Source of the DNA: Azolla caroliniana
Lineage: Eukaryota; Plantae; Polypodiophyta
Direction: 5' to 3'
Length of the DNA stretch: 64,000 nucleotides
NCBI GenBank assembly: GCA_043228905.1
Contig: JBHGNT010000006.1
Location: 16,492,001-16,556,000 of the forward strand
Positions 36,801 through 50,775 of this stretch are shown piece by piece. A program made the translations under genes and the position numbers. The notes beneath the pieces were generated by a model. The model had not been told where the DNA came from. It saw only the letters and a program-made list of their open reading frames with translations, and did not search any database. Position 1 is the stretch's first letter, and every line of letters begins with the position of its first letter.

Positions 36801-39800
36801 AAGGTGAGAGCAGCGACTGAGGTCGTGGAGGATTTATGTGGCGCATGCCCAAATATTAAAGTTACAATTGGGGACGTGTCAGTAGATCAAAAATTCTTCG
36901 TCCAGGAGAAGTCCTTTTATCCAATAATCCTAGGGCAACCGTACATCACAGCAGTGCGGATGGAGACTAAAGTGATTTATAATGGAGCAGCGTTTGCTAG
37001 GATTCGAAGCCAGGATGGGAAGAGGTTAGTACAGTTCCTTACTGTTCGACCAAATCATGAGAGTAATAAGGGGAATCTACGAGATCATCCACTACGAGAT
37101 GGGTAGAGTGGGCCCTTACAAAAAGGGGTTGTGATGGCCCGAGGGAGGTAAGAAGTCCCATTCATAGCATTGAAGATAACAGTAAATTATATGTTGCGTC
37201 GGTAGATTGCGCAACTATAATAGAAGATTTCAAAGGAAAGAAATTCCGAAAAATAGAAAAAGAATTACAAGGTGGAGGTATGATAGATTCAGAAGAAAAA
37301 TTAGTGAATATATTTGAAGAATATTGTTTTAAAGATACAGTAGGAGAGTTGGAGTCTCTAATGACGGAAGATGATGAAGTTGAAGTTGTGGTAAATTCCA
37401 TCGAGCTATTCAAAACCATCAAGGAGTATGTTCAAAATGAAGAAGCTCGAATAAAGACCAAGTACAAAACGGTGGAGAAGAAGGTCCGGCCAGCAGCAAC
37501 ACCACTTCCAGAAGACAATGAAAAGATAATGAAGGAGGTGTCGACCGAGCCAATTCTTCGGGATCCAAAGAGAATTGGGCACAAGTTCACGGAAGAAACA
37601 ATTAAAGAACTAAGAATTGGAGGGGAGGACTTCCTAAAACCTATAGAAGAAGCAGAATTTAGAAAAATGCTAGGGCAGCATGGGAAAGCATTCTCCTTCA
37701 ACCCTGAAGAAATTGGATGTGTGAATCCAAAAGTAGTTGAACCAATGGTCATCTCCACGATCCCACACATTCCGTGGAATCTGAAGCCAATCCTAGTGCC
37801 AAGAGCAAGGATACCGCAATTAATTGAGCTTCTAAAAGAGAAAATGGACATGGGCATCTTGGAACCATCAAACGCTCCATACTCGAGTAGATGGTTTACA
37901 GTGCAAAAGAAGGATGGGTGGCTTAGATTCATTCAAGACATGCAACCTATGAATCAAGTTACTATCCGGAATTCAGGAGTAGGGCCGATAGTAGATGAGT
38001 TTGCAGAGATGTTCGGTGGAAGAGCGATCTACTCTATGGGTGATCTCTACTGCGGCTATGACCAGTTCCAGCTAGCGGTCGGTAGTCGGGATATCACCTC
38101 CATTAGGACTCCTATTGGATTACTTCGAATTTGTACCCTACCTCAAGGTGCGACCAACTCGGTTGCTCACATGATGAATGGTATGCACAAAGTTCTCTGA
38201 GATTTTATTCCTCACATAACCATGCCTTTCTTGGATGATATACCCATTAAAGGATGCGAGGAAAGAATGAAGAATGAAGAATTGGATAGTAGTGGATGTC
38301 GGAAGTTCGTCAGGGATCACATAGAAGATTGTTATAAAGTGCTTTCAAGACTAGAGGAGGCACACCTAACACTTTCGGCTCCAAAATCAATATTCGGGGT
38401 TCAAGAAGTACTAGTGGTAGGACATATGTGTGGGCCATATGGAAGAAAGCCAACACCAACAAAGATCAACGCAATACAGAATATGAAAGAAGAATGCAAC
38501 TCTGTATCGGAAGTTCAGAGGTTCTTGGGTGCATGTGTCTTCTATTGCAGGTGCATTCCACATTATGCCCACATATCAGATCCATTGTATCGGCTATTAA
38601 GAAAAGGGGAAGCTTTTGAGTGGACAGAAGAACACTCAAATACAATTAAAAGACTGAAGGAGAATCTAGCTAAAGCTCTTGCATTGAAACAACCTGACTA
38701 CACCCAACCAATAATCCTCACAGTTGACTCAAGTCCGATTGGAATCGGGTGGGTAATAAGCCAACAAGATGAGGAAGGAGAAAGACATCCGATTCGATTT
38801 GGTGCAAAGGTACTTAGCGGACGTCAACGAAAGTATGCGCAAGTGAAGAGAGAGCTCTGGGGGATAATCATTGCTATCAAGACGGATAGGGACTATCTAG
38901 TTGGTGCTGAGGTGATTGTGGAGACAGATTGCTTGCCAATTCTGGGGATTATTGCAAATTGCAATATTCCAGACCAAGCAATGCTTAGTTGGTGTATCTA
39001 CATCAAAACCATCAACCCAAATGTTTGACATATATCTGGTGAGAAGAATGCAATGGTTGATATGTTATCCAGAGCAAAATATGAAAAAGAAGAAGTGGCA
39101 GAATTAGATAGCGACGAAGAAGAATAAACTTTGGTCATAAATGCAATTAGAGGGGGTGAGCCACATGAAGAACATGAGTTTAAAGAAGAAGAGTATAACG
39201 AAGAGTTTAAGGAAATCGGGAAATATCTACAAGCACCATGGAAGGAAGACACTTGGAGTGGGAGAAACTTCTCAAATTTCTGAAAGAAGGCACACCGATT
39301 TTTCTTGCACCAAGGTTACCTTTGGAAGCACCCAAAGTATAAAATGGGAAATCCACAACGGCTTATCTGTGACCAAGTGCAGCAGGAGCAGATATTAAAG
39401 GAATTACATGATAGGGAGTGGGCTGGACACCGTGGTGTCTGGGCAACATTTAGTAAAATAAAGGAAAGATATTGGTGGCCAGGATTCTACAACAAAATCA
39501 AGAGGTATGTCGAGACATGCCCAACCTGTCAAATCTACTCCAACATTAAGCATAGAGATGAGTTGCACCCAACCTATTCGCCGAATATACATTACAAGTG
39601 GATGGTTGATATAGTGGCAATGCTAATGGGTACGCGCTAGAGAAGACCTTACAAATCAAGTTGAAGGAAGAGCACTAAGATCGAAGACCACATCGGCAGT
39701 ATGTCAATTCATATTAGAGGATATAATATGTAGGTATAGGTGTATAGGGAAGATAGTGGCTGATAGAGGTGAGCTCAATTCTGATGAAGCAAGAGAGTTC

Positions 39801-41494
39801 TTTGATAGAATTGGAATTCGGTTATCATTGACCACAACATATAATCCTGAGGCAAATGGAAAGATAGAAAGAGTTCATAGCCCGATAGTTAAAGCACTTG
39901 CAAAAGCATGTAAAGGCAAAGTAGGTAATTGGCCAAAGGTCTTGCCATATGCATTGTGGGCGGATAGGACCACACAATTCGGTGACAAGATATATGCCGA
40001 TAGAGCTCATGACAGGACAAAGGCCAATGATGCCGATTTAAGAGAAGATTGCTACATGGGCAATGCTACCATGGGAGTCAGAGATGAGTAGAGAAGACTT
40101 GCTAGCAGTTCGTATCCGACAACTACAATGTCAAGCAGAAGATGTAGAAAAAGCTACTGAGAAATTGAAGGAAGCTCGGATAAAGAACAAAGCAAGATTT
40201 GACAAAGTAAATAGATTAAGACCACGAAAGATTCAAGATTCGAAACTGGGTGTTGGTACTGGATAGTAGCCTCGAGAACCAGTACAGTACAATGAGGAAG
40301 TTCGCAAAACGGTGGTTTGGGCCTTACGAAGTACGAAAGGTGACTGATAAGGCTACCTACTACCTGAATGAGTTGGATGGGACTGAGATACAGACACCGA
40401 TTGCGGGAAAAAGAATAAAGATTTTTAAAAGAAGAGAAGACACCAAACCTAGTCTCATAGAAAATGAGGATGAAGAATTTTTCGAAGAGGATCAAAATGA
40501 AGTGGTGTGAACTCGCCCATAGGTGTGCAAGTTTAGAGAGGGTGGGTGTCGTGAAGTTGACACTTCACGATGTGAAAACAATGTCAAAAATCTATAGAAG
40601 TACATTTCCCATATGGAGCTTATGACAAGGAGCATGAAGGAATTTTCGGTTCGTGAATCGGAATTTAGAAGCCCAAGATATAAGCTTCGGAAGGATTAAT
40701 GTTACTTGGGACAAAAATGTAGTTATGTCAAAAGGGGGAGTCCAAATTAAATAAGGGCTATTTCTATAATTTCTTAAATATAGAACTATAAAATTGAATT
40801 GTAGTATCAATAAATAAAGAAAATAAAATAAAATAAAATAAAAAAATAAAAAGAAAAATACAACCGCCTTCCGCCTCAAGAGGGTGGTAGGGCGGTTGAC
40901 CACCCTATATAAGCCACGCCTATGGTGGCTAAAGGGGGGAGAGAGGAGGAGAAGGAGCAGGAAGAGAAGGAAAAGCGAGTGAAGAAGCTCGCGTGGGTAT
41001 GGGATGTAGAGCTCGTCAATGAAGATGGTGGCCTGCATAAATCAAGACAAGAGTTAAAGAAAAGAAAGGGGATTCAAGAAAAGGAAGAAGTCAAAGTGGT
41101 GTATCTCAAACATCTCTTTGTAAACAAAAGGTCGTGAGTTTGAATCCTCTTCAAATAACTTCTTTTGGTAATCAAATTTTGTAATATAAATTTAGTATAT
41201 ATAAAGTGTAAGAGAAAGAAAAATAAATAAAAACTAGAGAGATTGAAGTGGTTTGTCTCAAACGCTTCTTCTCAAATAGAGTTTGTGAGTTCAAGGCTTG
41301 CCAACTAACTTTTGGCAAATAAATATTGTAAGTGGTTGTTTTACAAGTAAAATTCTTTTCGCGACAACGTTGCATTTCACTTGCCTTCTCGGCTTCTTGT
41401 CATCATACCATTTGCGATCACGCGTTTGCACCCCGATCATCCCCGAGTCACAGAACCCCGGCGGTTGTGACACACAACCACAATCTTCGCGACA
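33846..41494 (+). mobile_element. Full-length Phygy/Selgy-like gypsy element F; LTRs 33846-34798 and 40547-41494; PBS tRNA-Trp; 4-bp TSD CCGT/CCGC
   Basis: Paired ~950-bp LTRs with TGTCGTG..CGACA ends. PBS tggtgaacccgacgtga at 34805-34821. PPT at 40535-40546. Confidence 0.92.
34890..40510 (+). pseudogene. gag-protease (34890-37106) and RT-RH-INT (~37110-40510) of gypsy F
   Basis: CIWCDNTKHQKRDC knuckle, LIDHGSEIN protease, LPQGATNS / FLDD RT, VDSSPIGIG RNase H, integrase with WFGPY. Multiple stops. Confidence 0.9.
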
Positions 41495-42084
41495 CCGCAT
41501 ACGTGCATGTAGTGAAGGACAAAAGAGCAAAGCTAGATCCGAAGTCCTGGCCATGCATCTTCCTTGGATACGACGATGATGATTTCGGTTACCGGGTGTG
41601 GGATCTGGTCGACAGAAAGGTGTTCCGGAGTCGGGACATAGTCTTCATGGAAGACAGGACCATTTCCGATTGGGAGTCGGAGAAGAAGGTAATGAACTCC
41701 GGTTCATACATTGAAAACCGGCTTGAGGACAAAAGGATATACCCGGTTGAAAACCGGATGTTAGCCGGTAATCGGATGACACTTGACGAACCGGTTGGAT
41801 ACGGACAGGAAACCGAACTGACCGAAGAAGAAGAAGACACTGGAACCAGACAAGATCCTGAATGGGATTCGGATTCGGAACAAACGGACGAACCGGAAAT
41901 CAAAAACCAAGGACGGAGATATCCTCTCCGGGAGAGAAGAGCCCCCTGAAGATTTACGGATGTAGAGAATGTGTTGCTAACCAATGAGGGGGAGCCGGAA
42001 AGCTTTGAAGAAGGAAAGGGAAACACCCACAACCGCAAGTGGTTGAGTCCCATGCAGGATGAGATGGATTCTCTGCATGAGAAC

Positions 42085-42634
42085 TGTTGGGATATGTCCC
42101 TCCAGTGGGAGGAAAATCCGACCATTCGCAAAGGCAACAGTCGAGGAGCCGAGTTGATGAGCGACTCGGGAAACCAGAATCGTGTACATAGCCAACTCAG
42201 GAGACTATAATTGTAAATAGTCTAAATGTGCGCCCATGTGGGCTAGGTATGTAAATAGCCAGAAAGCTGTGTAAGTATAGACGCAACTAGGGAAAACTTT
42301 AGTGTGATGAACAGAGTTAGAGCAACAGAAATAGATAGAGAGAGAGCGTAAGAGAATGAGAAGAGTGGGCCACGCCATAACTGTGTGTGTAACAACACAC
42401 ACGAAGAGCCCTGTGCGGCTGATACACTCAAGAGAGTGTTGTAATCATCTCTATATTGTATATCCACTATACTATAGTGAAGAATCTGTTCACCCGTGGT
42501 TTTTTCCCCGTTTTAGGGTTTCCACGTAAATCTCTGTGCATTGTTGTTTATCTTGTTTTTTTGGCATTTCTGTAATTTGTATTTCAGCATTGTCTTTTCA
42601 TTGTGAATTCACATTCCGCATCAATTTCTCAACA
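42085..42634 (+). mobile_element. Copia-type LTR inserted in copia B, next to the deletion of RT
   Basis: tgttgg...ctcaaca ends and the conserved cccgtggttttt...agggtttccacgtaaa block. Right TSD not preserved. Confidence 0.7.
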
Positions 42635-43219
42635 AAACCGGACCTTAACCATTCCGCATCGATCATTGTGTACATGGCAGTCGTGGAAGCCGACAAGGAG
42701 ATATTATGGATGAAGGACTTCATCGGAGAGCTAGGGATCCGACAAGAGGAATACCGGCTCTACTGCGATAGTCAAAGTGCCATCCACCTTGCAAAGAACG
42801 TGACATACCATTCCATAATGAAGCACATCGAGCGTAGGTACCACTTGATCCGGGAGCAAGTTGAAGATCGAGAGTTCGTGCTGACGAAGATCCACATGGA
42901 GGAGAACGGTGTCGTGTGAATATTCACACACTGTGTAAAAAATAATGAAATAATTATTATAGATTAGATTAGTAGCTTACTATAGAAAGATGGATATACT
43001 CAAGAGCTTCAAAATGTATTTTACTATATACAAAATGGAGAAATATATATCAAGTTATGAGAAAATAAAGTTTAATTAGATAGGGAAATTAGAACTATCC
43101 CACATAGATAGGAAAGTTAAGGCCTTGGCTATATAAACACCTTGAGCTCCCTCATTTTTCATTTGTGCTAAGAGCACTTTGGCCACTTTGTCTTGATGGA
43201 TGATGGTGGCCAAATTCCC

Positions 43220-43612
43220 TAAAACCGGAAACCAGCCGGTAAGCAAATCCGGAAAACGGGTTCGGTAAGCAAATCCGGAAACCGGCTAGTATGCAATCCG
43301 GAAACCGGCAGGTATGCAAAACCGAAACCGGCCGGCAAGCACACCGGAACCGGAACGGGTATGCAAACCGGAACTGGCCGGTAAGTAAAACTGGAACCGA
43401 CTAGCAAGCAAAACCAGAAACCGGCCGGTAAGCAAAACCGGAACCGGAACCGGAACTGGCAAGCAAACCGGAACCGGCCAACATCAAAACCGGAACCGGA
43501 ACCGGCCAACATCAAAACCGGAACCGGCCGGGAAGCAAAACCGGAACCGGCCGGGAAGCAAAATCGGAATCGGAACCGACCGGCAAGCGAAATTGAACCG
43601 GCTACCGGACGA
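43220..43612. repeat. AACCGG-rich minisatellite in the 5' LTR of gypsy G
   Basis: Tandem aaaccggaaccggccggcaagc-type units. Confidence 0.9.
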
Positions 43613-44332
43613 GGTTGGACGCGGACGGACGAAAGATTGGATCATGCAACAAACTAAAGTAAAGTGAAGAGAACTAAAGTAAAGGCCATGTGGACGCAAG
43701 CAACTAAAGAAGGAGTGCATGGAAAAAGTAAAGGTCATGTGGACAGTCACATGCAACCAAAAGAAAAAGCTAGGCAACTAAAAGTAGAGGCCATGCAAGA
43801 AAAAGTGGAAAGGCTATGATCAAGGGAGAACTCCATATTTATTCCATTTTTTTTCCTACACTAGGACTCACTCTCCATATTATCTAAATTTTTTTTTCTT
43901 TTGTTGGGGAGCTCTCTTATATTATCGAAGCCAATAACCCTAATCTTCCATACGGAAGCTATCTCTCAAGTAAACCATAATTTCCATATGGAAGCAATCT
44001 CTCAAAATCCAAAATTCCTTGTCAAAGCCATATCACTCAAGAATCATAATCTCTTATTTCCTCTAATCTATTATTCTAATCATCTCTATGAGATAAGACT
44101 TTTGTAATCCCAATCTAGGGATTGATTGTAATCTTTCTTTCCCTTTTATTAATGAAATTTGTTAATCTTTCTCATTTCAGTTAATTCTTAGTACATAAAT
44201 ACACGAATTTGATATCCTCTAGACAAAGGCCCCGGGGTCTTGCCTCAACGTTCACGTATCCTCATTGTATTTTCACGACATCTTTGGTGAACCCGACGTG
44301 AAACGAGGCAGTAGGAGGATATCAAGTACGAA

Positions 44333-46512
44333 GATGACTTCGACAAGTGGAACTCAAGGAGAAGAATTGACGAAAGGCATGGTGTCCATCGTCGAATTCA
44401 TGCTGAAAGAGAGATCGGGAGGCTTTAGTCCACAAAGCTGTTGACCGAACTGTGGAGACAGTTGGAAGATTCGGTGGGAAGAACATCACAAATTTCCTTG
44501 CTACCTACTGGAATGAGATGCAACAAAGAGATGTCCATGATCCAAAACAAATTTCAAGCTTTAAGCGTTTGGTAGAACCCGGGATCCGTGAGCGCATGAC
44601 GGAGATCCAAAACGAGCATGCAACTTGGGCGGAGTTCGAAAGGGCTCTTCTCACTAAATACATGCTTGAAGACGCATCGTGGATGACTCGGCATACGTTA
44701 ATGAATTGGATCGAGAAGAAAGGGAAGAATCTGTGTGCATCGGGAATTTATGCCGAATTCGTCCAGAACTACAACCGACTTCCGAGTGTTGAGCAACGAG
44801 TTCTCGACGGAGATAAAGTCTTACTATTCCTAAAGGCAATGGATGCGAAAGATCGGCGTGAATTGGGTAGTTTCTTGGAGGACGAAACACAACCAAATGG
44901 TTTGGTAGCGGACTGGGCGGCGGTGAAGAAGGCTTGCAGGTGTTTTGATAAGCGGCAACAATGGCAAGAGGAAGTTGAGGTCGAGAATCCACAATTGTGG
45001 AAGAAGGCACCTATGACGATTGAGCCTAGTAAGCCGATCAACAATTTCGACAAGAAAGCAATGGAGGAGTCTATAATCGAAGAGCTCTCCAAGAAGTTTG
45101 AAGCGGTATCGCTAGCCAACTTAGGTCGACGCGGGCCCAAGGGAAAAGAAGCGTATAGATGTGTGTGGTGCGATAGCTTTGTACACTCACGAAGGGAATG
45201 TGCTGACTTGCAAGATGCGATCCGCAAGAATGTCGTCTATTTGGATGGCAACATGATTCACTCGAGCGAGACCCGGAAGCCACTACGAGTGAACTTCGGA
45301 AGAGGTGGGCTGAAAAAGATTGTAGAAGAAGAAGATGCAAGGCATGTGGAGGCTATGCACTATGCCGCTTCGGCTGGGATACGAGTTGGAAAAGAGAATC
45401 TTAAAATGATCAAGCCAGGAGCTGGGTTTTGGCCAATGGTCTTCGAGTGCGAAGAAAAAGGCAAAATCAATTCAGAGGATCTAAAACTTGCTGACCGAAA
45501 CGTGCGACGAGCAACCGGATGGTCAGATCCAATTGACGAAAACACAAGCTTTGCGGAGGTTGTGTGTGACACCTATGAAGCCCTTGTCGAAGAGAAGAGG
45601 AAGAGAACCGGTGAAGAAGATGGCACATCAAAGCGACCTAACACGAGGAACGGAGGGAAAGAAGGGCCAACCCAACCTATCCCAAGAAAAGAGATTGGTG
45701 AAACAAACATGAAGCCCGGTGGATCGAGCCAACCTTCTCGGATGGAAGTCGAAGAATCAACGAAGAAAGGAAAAGAACGAGTGGCACCGACTTACAAGCT
45801 AAGGTCGGATATAGAACAAACAACTAACTTGCAGAAGGTCCTTGAGGAGAAGGTTTTAGATAGTCATGTCGACCTTACCTTGAGAGAGCTACTTGGGATC
45901 GCGAAGAAGGAGTTCCATGATACTATCGTGGACCTTATTAAGAGGAAGCGACAACAATTTGATGAAGAGGAGGTGAAAACAAGTGCCATAACCATGGCAA
46001 GATCGGAAGAGGAGGAAGAAGAAGAAGTGGTGGCGGATAGCCATTACTCGCGGCCTCATTGGGCAAGAGAGACAACGGAGACACCGGTGAAGATTGGGGA
46101 GAAGAAAGAGACCGTGGTCGCTTTGATTGACCATGGCTCAGAGATCAACCTCATGTCGACCGAGTTCTACAAGAAAGGAAGATGGCCGATTAATACAAAC
46201 CACGGATGGAAGATTCGAGTGGCGACGAAGGCTACGGAGGACTTGTACGGAGCTTGCCCCAACGTTAAAGTCACGATCGGGGATGTAGAGATTGATCAAC
46301 ACTTCTTCGTGCAAGACTCGGCTTCACATCCCATCATCCTAGGACAACCATATATAACATCGTCCCGGATGGAGACCAAGGTGTTCGATAATGGAGCGGC
46401 CTTCGCGCGCGTCAAGAGTCTTGATAGTAAAAGATCCGTTCAATTCCTGACGGTGCGAGCTAATCATGAAAGGAACCGAGATAGCCTTGGAGGCGAATCC
46501 TCGGATTTTTAA
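44333..46512 (+). CDS. gag-protease of gypsy G (5' lesion near 44440; long ORF 44452-46512)
   Basis: CVWCDSFVHSRREC knuckle and ALIDHGSEINLM protease. Confidence 0.8.
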
Positions 46513-49500
46513 AGCGGACTATTGAAGCATGGGGCACAAATAGTCCGAGCAATCATAAGTCCCCACAAGGAAGCAAAGTGCGTGGATTGCAAGGAGAAGC
46601 AACATGCGTCACACCTGGCGGCGCATGCAAACTTAGACTACTCAACAAGAAGGAAAAGTGTCAGATACAAGACTTCGAGGAGGTGCTGAAAGAAGAAAGC
46701 ATAATCGAAGAAGAAGAATTCGTGTCATATATTCTGGAGGAAGCCTCATTTAACGACACCATCGGCGAAATCGAGGAAGTCGTGGATTTGAGCTATCCTC
46801 ACCATCAACATGTGATTTCGGTTAACTCCGTCAACATGTATACTATCATCGATGAATATCATCGAGGCATCTTGATAGAGGAAGTCGAAGTCAACACAAA
46901 ATATAAAACCATGGATAGGAAGATCAAGCCAGTTGCAGTTCCGCTACCGGAAGATAGCTGGCAAAAGATGAAGGAAGTTGCAAAAGATCCCAGCTTAAGG
47001 AACCCAAATACAATTGGTCACGTCTTCACTGAAGAGACGAAGGGAAAGCTACGAGTTGGAAGGGAGGATTTCCTCCTCCCTGAAGAGGAGCGGATGTTTC
47101 TTGGAATTCTTGAAAGACATGGGAAGGCTTTCGCATTTTTCCCACAAGAAATCAGGAGTGCTAATCCAAGGACGGTAGAACCGATGGTGATCTTCACGGT
47201 GCTGCATGTGCCTTGGAATTTGAAACCGATACCGGTTCCGAGAGCACACCTACCGAAGCTGATCGAGCTCTTAAAGGAGAAGGTGAGGATGGGAATTCTA
47301 GAACCGTCGAATGCTCCTTATTCTAATAGGTGGTTCACGGTGCCAAAGAAGAATGGATCGTTGCGATTCATTCAAGATCTTCAACCCGTCAACAAGGTGA
47401 CAATTCGGAATGCTGGCATCGGTCCGAGTGTGGATGAATTTGCCGAGGCGTTTGCAGGCCGGTCCATCTACTCCATCGACGATCTCTACTCTGGCTACGA
47501 TAAATTCCAGTTGGTGGTCGATAGTCGTGACATTACAACCATGAGAACTCCAATCGGGTTGGTGCGGATGTGTACCTTACCTCAAGGCGCAACGAACTCG
47601 GTGGCTCATATGGTGAATGCCATGAACAAGGTCTTGAAGGATTGCATCCCGAATATCACGATGCCATTCTTAGATGATATTCCGATAAAAGGATGTTCGG
47701 ATGAAGAGAAGGATGAATCAAAAGATAAGGATGGATGTAGAAAGTTTGTCATGGATCATATGAAAGATTGCGAGAAGGTGCTCCAAAGGTTCGAAGATGC
47801 GAATTTGACATTTTCGGGAGAAAAATCCGCATTCGGGCAACCGGAGATCCTGGTGGTAGGTCACTTGTGTGGAGTATATGGTCAGAAGCCTTCGCCATCC
47901 AAGGTGAATGCAATCCAAGACATGAAAGAAGAATGTGTAACCCAAACGGAGGTTCGAAGATTCCTTGGAGCATGCGAGTTTTATCATATTTGGATTCCAC
48001 ACTACGCCCACATTGCTGTGAGCCATTATATGGTCTACTAAAGAAGAAGCGGATGTTCGAATGGACGAACGAGCATACAATCGCCATCCGAAGGCTGAAG
48101 AAATTATTGATGGAGGCACCTGCATTACGGAAAGCGGACTATTCATACGGCAAGCCCGTTTTCGTGACTGTGGATACTAGTCCAATCGGAATTGGATGGG
48201 TTATCAACCAAGAAGATGAAGATTGCAACCGATATGCAATTCGGTTTGGCACGAAAGTGTTAAGTGACAGGCAAAGAAGCTATGCCCAAGTGAAGAGGGA
48301 GCTATGGGGGATCGTCTCAGCAATCAAATCTGATCGTGATTACCTTATTGGAGCAGAAGTCATAATTGAGACAGATTGCCTACCAATTTTGGGTATGATA
48401 TCTGGTTGTAATACACCGGATATTGCCATGTTGCGTTGGATTGCATATATCAAATCACTCAACCCGGAGATCCGTCATGTAGCTGGGAAGCGTAATGTCG
48501 TTGCAGACATGCTATCACGAGCGAGATACGACAGAGAAGAAGATCGACATTCTGATGAAGATGATGTTGGCCTGGATTTCTTTGCAAGTTCCTATGCTCG
48601 GGTGTTGATTACTTTCATAGAAGAGGACTACGAAGGCGAATTCGTGGAGATCGGGAAATACTTGAGTTCTCTCCAAAAAAATGAATCATGGTCGACGGAA
48701 GACTTCCATCGAATTCGGAAGAAAGCATACAAGTATTTCCTTAAGAATGGAGCTCTTTGGAAGCATGCAAAAAAGAATAATGGGACTCCGATGAGAGTTG
48801 TCTGCGAGCTAGAAGACCAACAAAAACTAATGTCCAAATTTCATGATAGTGTTTTTGCAGGCCATTGAGGAATATGGGCTACGTTTGCGAAGCTTAAGGA
48901 GAAATATTGGTGGTCGGGCATCTACAAAGATGTAGTAGCTTATGTGGAAACATGTAAGGAATGTCAAATGTTTTCGAATATTCGCCATCAAGATGGACTT
49001 CATCCGACTTACCCGTTGGCTATGCATTACAAGTGGATGGTGGACATAGTGATGATGCCAATGGGACAATGGCAGATGAAGTATCTTGTGCTCGTGAGAG
49101 AGGATCTTACCAATCTAGTTGAAGGGCGAGCATTAAGAACTAAGGAGACATCATCGGTATGTCGATTCCTTCTTGAAGATGTTATTTGCAGATATGGATG
49201 CATCGGTAAGATAGTGGCTGATAGAGGCGAGTGGGACGCCAATGAAGCTAGAGAATTCTTCCTGAGGATGGGAATCAAATTATCTCTTACCATGGCGTAT
49301 AATCCGGATGCAAATGGGAAGGTGGAACGTGGACATGGAACAATTGTGAAGGCTCTAGTGAAAGCTTGCCATGGGAAAATAGGAGAATGGCCATGTCTAT
49401 TGCCATTTGCATTATGGGCTGACAGGACTACTCATAGCACGGTGACGGGATACATGCCGGCAGAGCTCATATTCGGACAAAAGCCAATAATGCCGGTAGA

Positions 49501-49960
49501 ACAAAGTATTATTTCATGGTTTGCATTGCCATGGCAAGATGAGATAAGTAGAGAAGATCTTCTAGCATTGAGGATTCGACAATTAGAGCGGAATTTGGAA
49601 GATGTAGAGGTGGCTAAAGCGCGGCTAAAGAATGCAAGGCTAAAGAACAAGAAAGACTTCGATAAACGACATCGACTTCGGCCGAGGAAAATCGTTGAAC
49701 GAGATTGGGTGCTAGTCTATGACAGTAGCCTAGATAACCAACATAGTACGGCTCGAAAATTCTCACAACAATGGTTTGGGCCATATGTGGTGAAGAAAGT
49801 GGAAGATAATGCAACATATCATTTAGTAGAACTGGATGGTACACCACTTGCCTTGCCAATTGCCGGTAAAAGAATCAAGATCTTCAAGAGAAGAGATAGA
49901 ATGGAAATTGGATTCGAAGCTTTTGACGATTCAGTCTTAAGCATCGATGAAAAAGTATAG
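46506..49960 (+). pseudogene. pol (RT-RNase H-integrase) of gypsy G, -1 frame relative to gag; one frameshift (~48020) and one stop (48866)
   Basis: MCTLPQGATNS, PFLDD, VDTSPIGIG, integrase core, WFGPY. Confidence 0.88.
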
Positions 49961-50338
49961 TAAACAAAAATGAATCCTCACCAAAATTGGCACATACCGG
50001 TGGATGTGCAGGTTTGGTGGGGCGAATGTCGTGTGAATCTTCACACACTATGTAAAAAAATAATGAAATCATTATTATAGATTAGATTAGTAGCTTACTA
50101 TAGAAAGATGGATATACTCAAGAGCTTCAAAATGTATTTTACTATATACAAAATGGAGAAATACATATCAAGTTATGAGAAAATAAAGTTTGATTAGATA
50201 GGGAAATTAGAACTATCCCACATAGATAGGAAAGTTAAGGCCTTGGCTATATAAACACCTTGAGCTCCCTCATTTTTCATTTGTGCTAAGAGCACTTTGG
50301 CCACTTTGTCTTGATGGATGATGGTGGCCAAATTCCCT

Positions 50339-50775
50339 AAAACCGGAAACCGGCCGGTAAGCAAATCCGGAAAACGGGTCTGGTAAGCAAATCCGGAAAA
50401 CGGGTCTGGTAAGCAAATCCGGAAATCGGCCGGTATGCAAAACCAAAACTGGCCGGCAAGCAAACCGGAACCAGAACGGGTATGCAAACTGGAACCGGCT
50501 AGTAAGTAAAACCGGAACCGGCCGGCAAGTAAAACCAGAAACCGGCCGGTAAGCAAAACTGGAACCGGTCGGCAAGCAAAACCAGAACCGGAACCGACAA
50601 GCAAACCAGAACCGGAACCGGCCAACATCAAAACCGGAACCGGAACCGGCATGCAAACCGGAACCGGCCGACATCAAAACCGGAACCGGAACCGGCAAGC
50701 AAACCAGAACCGACTGGCAAGCAATATCGGAACCGGAACCGACCGGCAAGCGAAATTGAACCGGCTACCGGACGA
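50339..50775. repeat. AACCGG-rich minisatellite in the 3' LTR of gypsy G
   Basis: Same units as in the 5' LTR, with different copy number and order. Confidence 0.9.

Noticed and set aside
43219-43777. Phe/Arg/Pro-rich ORFs here and at 50194-50940
   Set aside because: Artefacts of the AACCGG minisatellite in the LTRs.
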